Source: Octopus sinensis
Taxonomy: Eukaryota
Assembly (NCBI RefSeq): GCF_006345805.1
Contig: NC_042997.1
Location: 140,616,001 to 140,680,000, forward strand
DNA length: 64,000 bases
Direction of reading: 5' to 3'
Position numbers and translations under genes: made by a program. Every line of letters begins with the position of its first letter. Position 1 is the first letter of the stretch. Below, piece after piece: positions 1 to 11,965 of this stretch. Under the pieces are notes generated by a model. The model ran no database searches and was not told the DNA's origin. It saw nothing but the letters and a program-made list of their open reading frames with translations.

Positions 1-177
1 AGTACAGGTGCTCTTTATGTGGCACCAGCACTGCAAGATTAGGAATGCGCAGATGGAGAGGGATGCAGGGTACATACTTGTATGCAAGGACAACCACGCT
101 TTTATTTAGCTTGACGTGTCTGCTTGTGGGTAACAAACCACCAGGAGTTTCAGTTTCCTGTCATAACCTCTGTGAGT

Positions 178-645
178 CCCATCATCATCATCATCATCCA
201 GTGTTTTAAATCCAGGTTTTATCCCAATTAACAGGGGTGGCCTGATCTACCTCAATGCCATCGCAACTGCCCTCACACCATCTGGCTTGGTTTTGGGCAT
301 CCTCTATTTTCAAACCAATCCTCCCAATCTCCTCCTCCACATGTCCCCTTCGCCTTTTCCTCTGTCTATCCCACTTTTGTGCTCCGTTTATGTCAAATGC
401 AGTCACCTTCCTCAAAACATGCTCTTCATCCCTCCTCAAAACATGCCCATACCACCTCACTCCATTCACCCTTGCCAACCGTTCCACTGATTCCTCCAAC
501 CTCAGCATTCTCATCAAATCCTCAGTCCTCCTTTGTAAATCTTTCTCACCACTTCATCCCACATCTTCTTGGGTCTTACTCCTTCCACGTATTCCCTCCA
601 CAATTAGAGATTAGCACCTCTTGATGCAACTGTCTTCATTTATAT
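178..645 (-). mobile_element. RTE-clade LINE 3' end fragment (family a), decayed
   Basis: ORF 206-517 reads [17 protein letters not shown]...IGLKIEDAQNQARW, the RTE ORF2 C-terminus; (ATG)n tail on the - strand at 178-198. Confidence 0.85.
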
Positions 646-649
646 GCAT

Positions 650-992
650 TACATGACCATACCAGCACAGTCTCTCTCCTCTCTCTCTCTCTCGCTCTCT
701 CACTACATCTGATGCCTCGTATACCCAGTTTTTCTCTCAAATCACTTACATTCTGTTGTATATGCACACTGACATTACCCATTCAGTGAAGCATATTGGC
801 TTCATTTCTTTCAAGCCTTTGCATATCCTCAGTAGTTGCATCCCATGTCTCACTGCTATGTAGCATAGCTATTTGTACACAGGCACTAAACAATCTGCCC
901 TTCACTCTGAGGAAGAGGCCCTTTGTTACTAATAGAGGTAGTAGCTCTCTGAACTTTGCCCAGCTTATTCTTATTCAAGCAGCTATGCTAGG
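650..992 (-). mobile_element. RTE-clade LINE fragment (family b), decayed
   Basis: Clear nucleotide similarity to 18600-18950 in reverse; encodes the FRELLPLL...RLFSACVQIAMLHSSETW region. Confidence 0.8.
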
Positions 993-1002
993 ATAAGAAT
1001 AT

Positions 1003-1037
<35 letters not shown>

Positions 1038-1324
1038 CAAAAGGATGTGTTATAACACTATTCCACATATAAAAAAAACAGCCATACCAACAATTCAACA
1101 TACCTATATCATCAGCTGCCCCATGGATATCATTATGGTTTCGACACCTGGGCAGTACCATTCAATCTGACAGTGTTAGTAGCACTAAAAGAAGTGCTGT
1201 TTGGGAAAAAGCTTATAAAAAATCAAAACACACAACTTTCAAACACATTTATTCTATGTACAACAGCATTCAATCAAATATATATATAAATATATATATT
1301 TTTTCTAACTAATGTTCTGCTTTG

Positions 1325-1372
<48 letters not shown>

Positions 1373-2099
1373 TTATATATATATAGGAATTTGTGCCTGT
1401 GTTTGTCCCCCACCTCCACTTGACAACTGGTGTTGGTGTGTTTACATCCCTGTAACTTAGTAAAATCTATGTCAGAACAGAACAGTAGCCTGGTGTAGTT
1501 TGTTACCTGACCAGCTTTTGTCAAACTGTCCAACCCATGCCAGCATGGAAAACAGACGTTAAATGATGATGATGATGATGATGATGATGAAATATTTTTA
1601 AACAAAATTCCACAGTGACCTGATGGGTTTTTTGACTCTTTAGAAAGTAAACAAAAAGTGACATGAAAGAGTTTCAGTTTCACAAGCATAGATTCCTAGA
1701 TTTTCAAACGTCTTGTTAAGATTATTTGAAGAATAATTGTTGTATATAATATATAGGCCAACACTGATCTTATCTTATTTTCCTGTAACTTCATTTTGAA
1801 TTAAAGAAACAGGCTTTGTTGTAATAGTTATTACCATTCATATTGTTAGGTTGTTGTTGGCCTACAAGTGAGAATAATCAATTATTTTATATTCTGGTTT
1901 CACTGTAACTATAACACAGAGCCATAACTCTAAAGATAGTGAATTAGCTGATTTGTTCGACTTTCAGGTTGAATACCTCCCAAAATTTCGTCTGGATACA
2001 TGGTGCTCTGAGTTCAAATCTTGCTAAGGGCAACTTTGCCATTAATTCTATTTTTTTAAAGTACCAATCCAGAATGGTGGATTTGTTGAACCGTAACAA

Positions 2100-2470
2100 T
2101 GTTAGATTAGATGGCTGATTCCAGTGCCACCTGACTGGTTCTGTGCTGGTGGCACATAAAAGCACCATTTGAGCATGGTTATTACCATTGCTGCCTGACT
2201 GCCTCCCATGCTGGTGGAACATAAAAGGCACCATTCAGGTGTGGCTGATGCCAGTGCTGCCTGTCTGGCCCCCATGCTGGTGGCATGTAAAAGACACCCA
2301 CTACACTATTGGAGTGGTTGGCATTAGAAAGGGCATCCAGCTGTAGAAACCTTGTCAGATCAGATTGGAGCCTGGTGCAGCCTCCTTGCCTGCCAATCCT
2401 CAGTCAAACCCTCCAACATATGCCAGCATGGAATGCAGACATTAAATGATGATGGTGATGATAATGATCC
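2100..2470 (+). mobile_element. RTE-b 3' UTR/tail-type short repeat
   Basis: Contains gaagggcatccagctgtagaaac...catgccagcatggaa and an (ATG)n tail, as at the 3' end of the LINE at 19540-19700. Confidence 0.75.
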
Positions 2471-2474
2471 TCAT

Positions 2475-2830
2475 CATTATCATCATCATCATTGCCATCA
2501 TCATCATTTAGAGTCCATTGTCCATGCTGGCATGGTTTGGACAGTTTGACCAGGCTGGCACACTGGAAGGCGGCACTAGACTTCAGTCTGATTTGGCATG
2601 GTTTTCTATGGCTGGATGCCCTTCCTAATGCTAACCACTTCGAGAGTGTAATGGATGCTTTTGCATGCTACTGGCATAGGTGCAATTTGCATGACACCGG
2701 TATCTGCCATGACTGTGATTTTGCTCGGCCTGATGGGTCTTCTCAAGCACAACATAATGCCAAAGCTTTTGGTCATTGCCTTCATGATGCCCGGCACTAG
2801 AGAGGAACTCAGCCACTTTGATTCTGTGAG
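2475..2830 (-). mobile_element. RTE-b 3' UTR/tail-type short repeat, inverted relative to 2100-2470
   Basis: (CAT)n followed by ccatgctggcatgg...gctggatgcccttcctaatgctaaccact, the reverse complement of the family tail. Confidence 0.75.
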
Positions 2831-3412
2831 GCCCAACACTCAAAAGGAATTCTTAGTGGTAGTTATGGTTTATCCTTTATCTTTTACTTGTTTCAATCAT
2901 TAGATTACGGCCATGCCATGGCACTATCTTGAAGAATTTTAGTTGAATGGATCAAGTCCAGTACTTATTTTTGTTTTTTGTTTTTTGTAAAGCCTAGTAT
3001 TTATTCTATCAGTCTCTTTTGCTAAACAGGTGTAGTATGGGCAGGTGGGAGAAAAGAAAAAAGAGCAAATTAAAAAGTAGAGAAGAAAAGAGAAGAGAGA
3101 GTTATGCACACATACTCAGACACACACTCATACATTCATATATTTATATATATATATGTGTACACACAAATGCACACATATGTATATCTATATATTGTCA
3201 TATATATATATATATAAATGAAAAGAAAATTGAGATTTACGATTGACACATTTTAATTCAACATAATATTATATTATTATTATAACGTTATATATCATAA
3301 TATAAATATAAATATTATAATCCTACAATGGTTTCAAATGGATACAAACGAATTTATGGAAGCAGGTCATTACAAACATACATACAAATATACACACATA
3401 CATACATGCACA

Positions 3413-4500
3413 TCTATATACTTAAATGTGTAATGGTGTCTGTCTGTGTGTAACTCCTCCCACACCGTCAAACTAATTTTAATGATTTTTGGCATGTATG
3501 TAGATCGCATGCCCTGAAGTTCAAATAAGGCCGGAATTTTTTGTAAACTCAATAATGCTCAGTTGGCATCAATTTTTGTGAGCTCAATTGGGCATTTGAA
3601 TGGAAATTCCCATAATGATGTTATTTTTCCTGCAGCTTTTGCATTTTTTTGTCCAATTTTGATGAAAATCAATGAGTGAACGAGGCTCATGCCAGTGAGT
3701 TGATGTCCGTATATGGTGTTGACAAAAAATTGATAATTGCACCTGAGCAGTGGTTTTATAAAATCAATAGGCATTTTGCATGCAAATACCCACAGGAATT
3801 AATTTTTGGATGTAACTTAAAATTTTTTTTATCCAATTTTAATGAAATTTGAGATGTAGGTAAATTTTGTGGTGGAGGAGATGGTAAAGGTGTTTATTTA
3901 ACTCAAAAGGGTTTGAAGGTGTTTATTTAATTCAAAAGGGTTTGAAAAGGGCACAAATGCAAATCAGCATTTCCTATGAGACATTCTTATAGAATTTGTA
4001 GAAATTTTACATGTGATTACAGTTTGTGTCCATTAGTTGATGCCAGCAAGATGAGTTGACAAAAAATTGATACTTGCATGTGAGCAGGGGATTTTAAGAA
4101 ATCAATAGGCTTTTTGTATGCAATTACCCATAGGATTAATATTTTATGCTGTAACTTTTACAGAATTCCTCTGATTTCAATGAAATTTGACATTTAGGTA
4201 AAGTTTATGGTCGGAGTCATGTATTAGAATTGAAATTAAACTGGTGAAAGGCAGAAGTCATCAAAATTCATTCACAATAGAATAATGAACTGATTTTGAA
4301 GAAAATTGACCCATGAGTAAAATTAAGCACTTCAACATATGAAACATCGATTATATATATAATGTGCTGGGATTTAAAAGTCAATGGGATATTTTTATAT
4401 AAATGGTCACATGGATTCTATTTTATGACATAACCATAATACTTTTCTTCAGATTTTGCTGAGATTGGACATGCTGATTAATTTTGTACAGAGGGTGGCA
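3413..4500 (+). mobile_element. Helitron-like non-autonomous element, 5' part with internal repeats
   Basis: Starts A|TCTATATAC followed by tgtctgtctgtgtgt, the same style as the 5' end at 60914. Internal diverged direct repeat has a 337-bp period (gttgacaaaaaattgata at 3718 and 4055). No 3' hairpin-CTAG seen and the right boundary is uncertain. Confidence 0.5.
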
Positions 4501-4559
4501 TTAAGGGGAGAAAAATAAACAAACATCACTCTCAACGGGTTGAGGTACACCCAAAAGTT

Positions 4560-4951
4560 TGACTGCGATTTCAGATGGTCCAGTATGCAGGAGTATCTCG
4601 TAAGCATTAACCGGGTAAAATCCCTGTCAAACCAAATATAACATTGTTGGCACGGGGTATGTAGAAGATTTCAATATTTTTTTTAAATCGTTGACTCATC
4701 ATAGACATTTTTAGAGAGTTACTTCCCTTATACAATAGCGAAAAATATGCATTAAAATGGAAAAAAATGATGGTAAATTTTTTTTTAAATCGTAGACTCA
4801 TTGTAGACGTGCGCTAATACCCAGACGAGCTCGATATGAATCACGACTATAAGATACCCGGTTTTGGTTAAACTGCACCGCAAAATGTGGGAGTAGTTAG
4901 GAATCTAAATCGTGGGAGACAGACACACAACTTCTCTTTTATATATAAAGA
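4560..4951 (-). mobile_element. Helitron-like non-autonomous element, 5' part
   Basis: The - strand starts A|TCTTTATATATAAAAG...tgtgtctgtctccc. The 3' end was not identified. Confidence 0.55.
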
Positions 4952-5041
4952 TTTCCTCTATTTACATAATATTGAGGTCTCTTTCTTTCTTTTGTTATCT
5001 TACCGTTTTTACCAATATACATATATATGCATCATTGTATA

Positions 5042-5085
<44 letters not shown>

Positions 5086-5124
5086 CATATATATATACAT
5101 ATATACATATATATATCCATATAT

Positions 5125-6056
5125 ATACACATCATCATCATCGTTTAACGTCCATTATCCGCTCTAGCACGGGTTGGACGGTTCGACCGGGGTCTGGAAA
5201 GCCAGGGGCTGCACCAGGCTCCAGTCTGATCAGGCAGAGTTTCTACAGCTGGATGCCCTTCCTAACGCCAACCACTCCGCGAGTGTAGTGGGTGCTTTTT
5301 ACGTGCCACCTGCACAGGTGCCAGGGGGGTCCGGCATCGGCCATGATCGGTTGGAGCTTTTAACATGCCACTGGCATGGAAGCCAGCTAAGGCGGCGCTG
5401 GCAACGGCCACGTTCGGATGGTGCTTTTTATGTGCCACCGGCACAGAAGCCAGTCGGGGTGGCGCTGGCATCGGCCACGTTCGGATGGTGCTTTTTATGA
5501 GCCACCGGCACAAGAGCCAGTCGGAGCAGTGCTGGCATCGGCCACGTTCGGATGGTGCTTTTTATGTGCCACCGGCACAGAAGCCAGTCGAGGTGGCGCT
5601 GGCAACGGCCATGTCCGGATGGTGCTTTTTATGTGCCACCGGCACAGGTATCACAACTACTATTTCCATTGATATTTATATTTATTTCGATGTTCATGTT
5701 CATGTACTTGACTCAACAGGTCTCCTCAAGCATAGCGAGACGTTCCGGGATCCAGGGTACTTTGAATGGGCAGGGGGCTATGCAGAACTGGTGCAGGAAG
5801 CAGCCCCGGTCTTTGCAGTCACAGCATATCTCCAGAGATCTCGATCCTTCGCCATTGCCTCAGTGAGGCTCAACGCTCTGAGGTCATGCTTGACTACCTC
5901 ATCCCATGTCTTCCTGGGTCTACCTCTCCCCCTGATACCTTCAACTGTTTGGGAGTGGCACTTCTTCACACATCTCTCCTCATCCATCCGCAGTACATGA
6001 CCATACCATCGCAAGCGTCGCTCTTGCACACCACATCTGATGCTTCTTATGTCCAT

Positions 6057-6058
<2 letters not shown>
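5125..6058 (-). mobile_element. RTE-b LINE 3' end: ORF2 C-terminus, 3' UTR with 67-bp tandem array and (ATG)n tail
   Basis: ORF 5778-6059 reads [21 protein letters not shown]...[17 protein letters not shown]. The array lies at 5272-5648 and the tail at 5130-5145. Confidence 0.9.
5272..5648 (-). repeat. 67-bp tandem repeat, about 5.5 units, inside the LINE 3' UTR
   Basis: The ggcca(c/t)g anchor recurs at 5339, 5406, 5473, 5540 and 5607, an exact 67-bp period; units are contiguous with no unique spacers. Confidence 0.95.
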
Positions 6059-6059
<1 letters not shown>

Positions 6060-6118
<59 letters not shown>

Positions 6119-6127
6119 CATATATAC

Positions 6128-6160
<33 letters not shown>

Positions 6161-6200
6161 TATATACATCATTGTCTATATACATATATATATATATGCA
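6060..6200. repeat. (TA)n / (TACA)n compound microsatellite
   Basis: Visible directly; explains the YIYI-type ORFs. Confidence 0.97.
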
Positions 6201-6419
6201 TCATTGTCACCTTAGTGGGCTTGCAAGCATCTCTTTTATCTTCAGCTAACTTATATAAATTTAAAGAATTGGGTTAAATGTTAATCCAGATGCTTGTAAT
6301 GATCTTTAGTGAATACATAACAAAGATATTATGCATGTGTTACTGTATTCTCTGTCTCACACAAACATATGTCTGCCAGCACACCCATACTCTTGCATTC
6401 TATAATAATTTTATTTTTA

Positions 6420-6850
6420 CTTTCGAAATTTGACACAAGTCCAGCAATTTTGAGGAGACGGGGAAATTGATTACATTGAGCCCAGTGTGTTAACTTGTAC
6501 TTATTTTATTGACCCCTAAAGAATGAAAAGCAAAGTGGACCTTGACAGCATCTGAACTCACAACATAAAATGCTGGAGGAAACATCACTAAGCATTTTTT
6601 TGCCATTGTGCTAATGATTCTGCTAGCTCACCACTTTTACACATGATGTAATAATGGTTTCAGATTTTGGCACAAGGCCAGCAAGTCCAGGGAGGGGGTG
6701 AGTTAGTTTCATTGACCTCAGTGCTCAGCTGGTATTTATTTTATTGGCTCCAAAAAGATTAAAGGCAAAGTTGACCTTGGCAGAATTTGAACTCTGAATG
6801 TAAAGACAGATGAAATGTCACTGAGTATTTCGCTTGGGATACTAACGATT
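6420..6850 (-). mobile_element. Two adjacent diverged copies of one SINE-like family (6420-6630 and 6655-6850)
   Basis: Both contain cacaag(t/g)ccagcaa...cccagtg...acttattttattga...aaag(c/g)caaagt(g/t)gacctt, the reverse complement of the copies at 27705-27910 and 62240-62400. Confidence 0.7.
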
Positions 6851-6879
6851 GTCAACTCATTCCCTTAAACACATGATCA

Positions 6880-7260
6880 TGATCATCGTTTAATGTCCGC
6901 TTTCCATGGGTTGGATGAATGACTGAGGGCTGGCGAACCAGATGGCTGCACCAGGCTCCAATCTTGATCTGGCAGAGTTTCTACAGCTGGATGTCCTTCC
7001 TAACGCCAACCACTCTGAGAGTGTAGTGGGTGCTTTTACGTGCCACCAGCATGGGGCCAGTCAGGCGGTACTTTCAACGACCTCGCTCGAATCTTTTACA
7101 CATGCCACCGGCACAGGTGCCAGTAAGGCGATGCTGGTAACGATCATGCTTGAATGGTGTCTTTTACGTGCCACCAGCACGGAGGCCAGATAGCCGCTCT
7201 GGCAATGATCACGCTTGGATGGTGCTCTTTAAGGCGATACTGCTAATGATCACGCTAACG
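6880..7260 (-). mobile_element. RTE-b 3' UTR/tail-type repeat with degenerate tandem units
   Basis: catcgtttaatgtccgctttccatgg...gctggatgtccttcctaacgccaaccactc followed by cttttacgtgccacc units. Confidence 0.8.
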
Positions 7261-7505
7261 TAACTCGGTTGAATTTGTATCATTTTTAATTTCATTGAAA
7301 TGGTTTTTAGTGAGTGATGTTTCTGGAACAAAAGAACTTCAGTCTTTTATCAATTGTAAGTTGTTCGACTGTGTCCATTATGAGCCACCCATTGAGTGGC
7401 TCATATTGATCTCAGTACTCATTGCACATACAGGTACTTATTTTATTAACTTTGTTGAATTACAAAAATGTGACATAAACTATATCAGTTTTTAGACACA
7501 TTTAA

Positions 7506-7728
7506 CCCTTTTGTTACCATATTTCTGTTGAGATGCTCTTTGTTTCTTTCAATTGATTTTGAATATAACAAAGAATTTAAGTAAAATAACTTAGTTATCA
7601 TTAAGCTAGTGTTAGGAACATAAATTGTGACTAAGGTTTCGCGAAAGATTTTAATTCAGCGCTTTTGAAAACTAGGCATTTGTACTACAAAGCCAGAGCT
7701 GGTTTCAGCTGGGTTGGTATCAAAAGGG
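7506..7728 (+). mobile_element. piggyBac-type MITE (TTAA-flanked)
   Basis: ttaa|cccttttgttacc ... ggtatcaaaaggg|ttaa. Related copies lie at about 12060-12290, 15650-15840, 22700-22950 and 55590-55760. Confidence 0.8.
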
Positions 7729-8202
7729 TTAAAAATAAATACAAGCACACTTGCAATAAACACACATACACATGCAAATACAGATACACACACACACATA
7801 CACACACACACATACACACACACACATACACACACACACAACATATTGTGTATTTTCTGGTATACAAGTTGACAGTCTGTAGTGTAACCATGGAGTGTAA
7901 ACATCATCACTATTTTCCTAAATCCTGCTGCATTTCACATGAAATTTTTGATACTTCAAAGTCATCTCATTATATTAGTCATCTTGATGTATAAGTCGAC
8001 CTACCTTTGACAATTTACCGGAATAAATTTTTTTACACCTGGATGCCCTTCCTGTTGCCTATGTTCCTTCTAGTTCTTTTAAAGCAAATAATATTATGGC
8101 TGTGTGGTTGGACATACTTCCAAAGAAAATTGCTAATGAACAGCACTGCTGCTGTTGTTGCTGTTTTGGTGGAGGGTGATTGAAGGTGTATTGACTGTGA
8201 AG

Positions 8203-9325
8203 GTGGTCTTCCTTCACCATCATGGCCACATCTTTATTTTCCTCTCTTATAGCTTATTGCTTATCCCTCCCCACATTCTTATTTGGTTGTCGTCTTCAGT
8301 TTAAAAACTTCCATGTCAGCAAACCTTATGAGACATCAATTCCAATATGTCACACTAATGTCTATTCTTCATCAGGATGTCTCTGTCAAGCATTTCCTGT
8401 TCATCTTCATACATCCTTTTCATCTCTGTCTCTTCCGCAAGACTTCGTTAGCAAGTCTGATTGTTGTGGCAGCCATGTACTTATACAACCACTCTTAATG
8501 ACCCATCCAAGTCACTAAAAATAACCCAGATAAATTTTTATAGTTTGTACTTTCTGCTTGTAATCACTGCAAATAAACTGGTTATTCAATGTTTATTTAA
8601 TTAAAGCAAGCTATTTCTGGTATATTTCCTTTTCCTTGGGAAAGTGATACCTATAGGGAAAATCCAACTTACAGCCATTGCATATTGATTGAATATTCTG
8701 TTACCATTTGTATGATAATTATCTTAATTGTTGTCATGTCTGATATTACTTTATGATTTTTTTTTTAAGTAACAGGAATAAAGTGAAAATCTCTATGCAA
8801 TAGCTGAATTAATATACAATGGCTGAAACTTGGGTTTTTTCAGCTTTCTGTCACTTTCCCACAGAAAGGGAAATATACTATAAATAGCTTACTTTCATTA
8901 AATAAACATGACATATTGCTTCCCTGCAGTGGTTACACAAGCAGAAACTACAAACTATAGTAATTATTATCTGAGTTGTTTTTAGCGATATAGGTGAATT
9001 AGTAAATATGGTTATATAAACAAATGGTTGCCAGCAACCAGACTTGCTAACCAAGTCTTGCAGAAGAGACACAGATGAAGAAGCTGTATGAAGATGAACA
9101 GGAAATGTTTATCAGAGACTTCCTGATGATAAAGAGACATTAGAGTGGCATACTGGTGTTGATTTTTCATAAGGCTTGTTGAGGAGCTTTCATAGTCTCA
9201 TGAATGACATGACACAGAAGTTTTTGTTACCTGAGGGATGACAACCAAATGAGGTTATGGGGAGTGAATAAGCTTTGAGAGAGAACATGAAGATGTGCCG
9301 GTGATGCTGAGGAAAGACCATCACT
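8203..9325. repeat. Diverged inverted repeat pair (arms about 8203-8500 and 9005-9325)
   Basis: catttcctgttcatcttcataca...gcaagact(t)...gttagcaagtctg in the left arm is the reverse complement of 9035-9110, and similarity extends outward to about 300 bp. Confidence 0.8.
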
Positions 9326-9822
9326 ATCACCACTACACCCCCAAGAAACAGACATCCCTCAAAAAGAACATCTATTTTATCTCTTACTCAGTCCAGATGA
9401 AAACATGTACGAAAGTAGCTACTATTTTAATAACCTTATTTCTTCACATACCCTCTAACCCCACCCCGCCCCGCCACACACATGCAAGTACATTGTGCTG
9501 GGCTATATGTGCTGGGATGCAGCCAAAGGAAAGTGCAAAGTAATAGAAACTATTATAGTCAAGTCCACCTTATCCATCTTTGCTATAACCATTACATAGT
9601 AAGGTTTTATATGATCGCTTGGCCTGCTAGAAATAACACACAGATTTCCTTCAAATCATACTTAACTATTTTTAAACTAGAAGGGCACACACTAAGTAAT
9701 ATAGTCCTAGATATCTCCAGAGTAAAGCAGAATAATTTTACTTAGAATACCTTTGATCATAGGTTTACTCAATCAGGACTGACATAGAGCTAAACAAAGG
9801 GCAGTTGGATGGATAGACAGAC

Positions 9823-9853
<31 letters not shown>

Positions 9854-10494
9854 AGGGCCAGTGGGGGTACTTTTGCTACAGTCGACCTGTTAACTAACTC
9901 CTTCATGTCACATCCTACTATCTTAACAAAAGGACACATAGGACAGGATAGCCTTGCCAAAGCTAGATTGCTTCTGATCATCAGTTTGTCCCAATCAGAA
10001 GCTGACTTGAAGCTAAATACCAGTACCAAGGGAGATAAATAGTAGAGAAGTAGAAAATAGCAGTGTAGAAATATAATGTGCCCTCGCTGACCGCACAACG
10101 CTCCATTGGGTAACCATTGCATGTTAGAATGTACAGTGTGGTTCTCAGTTTGGTGGAGATAAAGATTTGATATCATATATCCGAAACTACAGATCTCTAG
10201 ATTTACATGTCATAATTCAGTCACTGAATTATGGTTTATCTCATTGGATAAGCTGAATCTTCAACTCAAAGTGCTGAACCATGTCAAATGTTTTATCATG
10301 CTGATTCTGTCTGTGGATTATGTTACCAGTCTGGGATATTTATTGTTGAAAGCAACAGCCATCTACTTATGTTTCATGATCCATTCCATCAAGGCTGACT
10401 TGGTGGGCTACACAGCAACAGCACCAACTACAATAGCAACCAGTTTTACTTCAGCAGTTTTGTAGTCATCAATGTGAATATTATCAGTGTTGCA

Positions 10495-10665
10495 TATCAA
10501 GATTACCATTATCAATGACATCACCACCACCACCACCATCATCATCGTCATTGTCATCATCATCATCATTGTTGTCATCATCATCGTCTTTATTGGCATT
10601 ATTGTAGTCATCAACATCATCATTGGTGTCTTCACCTTTACCATCACCACCAGCACCACCTGTAG
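10495..10665. repeat. Degenerate (ATC)n/(ACC)n trinucleotide tract
   Basis: Visible directly; explains the poly-D, poly-I and poly-M ORFs. Confidence 0.9.
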
Positions 10666-11069
10666 CCAATGAGGGAAGAACACAATCACTAAATGTGGCC
10701 TTATATATGTGATGTGTGAGAAAAGTTGGGATGGATGATCATAAGTGGAACACCTTTAATTTTAGACCGCACATTCATGACCTTCTTGGGACTAAACAGA
10801 AACAAAAACAGCAACGACATCATCATTATGAGTCAGTGAGAAGGCTTTAATGGGATTGCTCAATCTGTTAAATATAATAGCTAAATCTTCCTCACATCAC
10901 ACCTTTCTTAAATTTGAAAAGAACACATTGGATAATGTAGTCTCAGATACACTGTGTTTGAGATGGTCACTGCTGAGTTACTGATGAATTTTATGTTTTA
11001 TTTTATACACTGGGCAACAAGGGTTCAAATGACCTTTGGTGGGGTCCATATAAGATTTTGTTGATAAAA

Positions 11070-11460
11070 TTTGTGTGACTGTATGGGAAGAAGTTTGTTT
11101 CCCAACCTCATGGTTCCAGGTTCAGTCCCACTGTGTGGCACCTTGGGCAAGTGTCTTCGGCTATAGCCTTGGGCCGACCAAAGCCTTCTGAGTGGATGTC
11201 GTAGATGGAAACTGAAAAAGCCTGTTGTGTATATGTGTGTGTATTTGTGTCAGTGTTTGTCCCTCTCCACCACTCGACAATTGGTGTCAGTCTATTTACA
11301 TTCCCATAACTTAGGGGTTTAGCAAAAGAGACTGATAAAATAAGTACTAGGCTTAAGAAATAAGCCTTAGTGTTTATTTGTTCGACTAAAAAGATTCAAG
11401 GTGGTGCTCCAGCTTGGCTGCAGCCTAATGACTGAAAGAAGTAAAAGAATAAAAGGAAAA
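11070..11460 (+). mobile_element. Bipartite tRNA-derived SINE (head module + (GT)n linker + second module)
   Basis: ggttcagtcccactgtgtggcaccttgggcaagtgtcttc...ggaaactgaaa, then gtttgtccc...cataacttag...gactgaaa..gtaaaagaataaaa; same layout as 30126-30537, 36041-36500 and 53477-53895. Confidence 0.8.
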
Positions 11461-11484
11461 GAGAATAAATTGGTTATTCTTCTC

Positions 11485-11965
11485 ATCATCATTCAGTATT
11501 TTAAATCCAGGTTTTGTCCCTGTTAATGGGGGTGGCTGGGTAAATGCCATAGCAATCGCCCTCATGCCATCTTACCACCTTGCCCAGTTTTTGGGCATCC
11601 TCCTTTTTCAAACCAACCCTCTCAATCTCCTCCTCCACCTTTTCCTCAGCCTACCTCGCTTTCACACTCCATTTACCCCAAATGCCATCACCTTCTTGAG
11701 AACATGCTCTTCATCTGTCCTCAACGCATGCCCATACCACCTCACTCCATTCACCCTCGCCAACCATTCCACCGATTCCTCCAACCCCAGCATTCCCATC
11801 AAATCCTCAGACCTCCTCTTATCAAATAGCTTCACCCCATATATTTCTCTCACCATTGCTCTCTCAGTCCTTCTCAAAATTACCATCTCTCTCTCCCTCA
11901 GACACCATGTCTCACTCCCATACAGTATTGCAGCTCTCACACAACCCTTATGGACCTTTCCATTC
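11485..11965 (-). mobile_element. RTE-clade LINE 3' fragment (family a)
   Basis: ORF 11662-11967 reads VRAAILYGSETWCLREREMVILRRTERAMVR...RWYGHAL; related to 178-645. Confidence 0.88.

Noticed and set aside
5272-5648. CRISPR-like array of palindromic repeats
   Set aside because: Units are contiguous 67-bp tandem copies with no unique spacers, there are no cas genes, and the array lies within a eukaryotic LINE 3' UTR.
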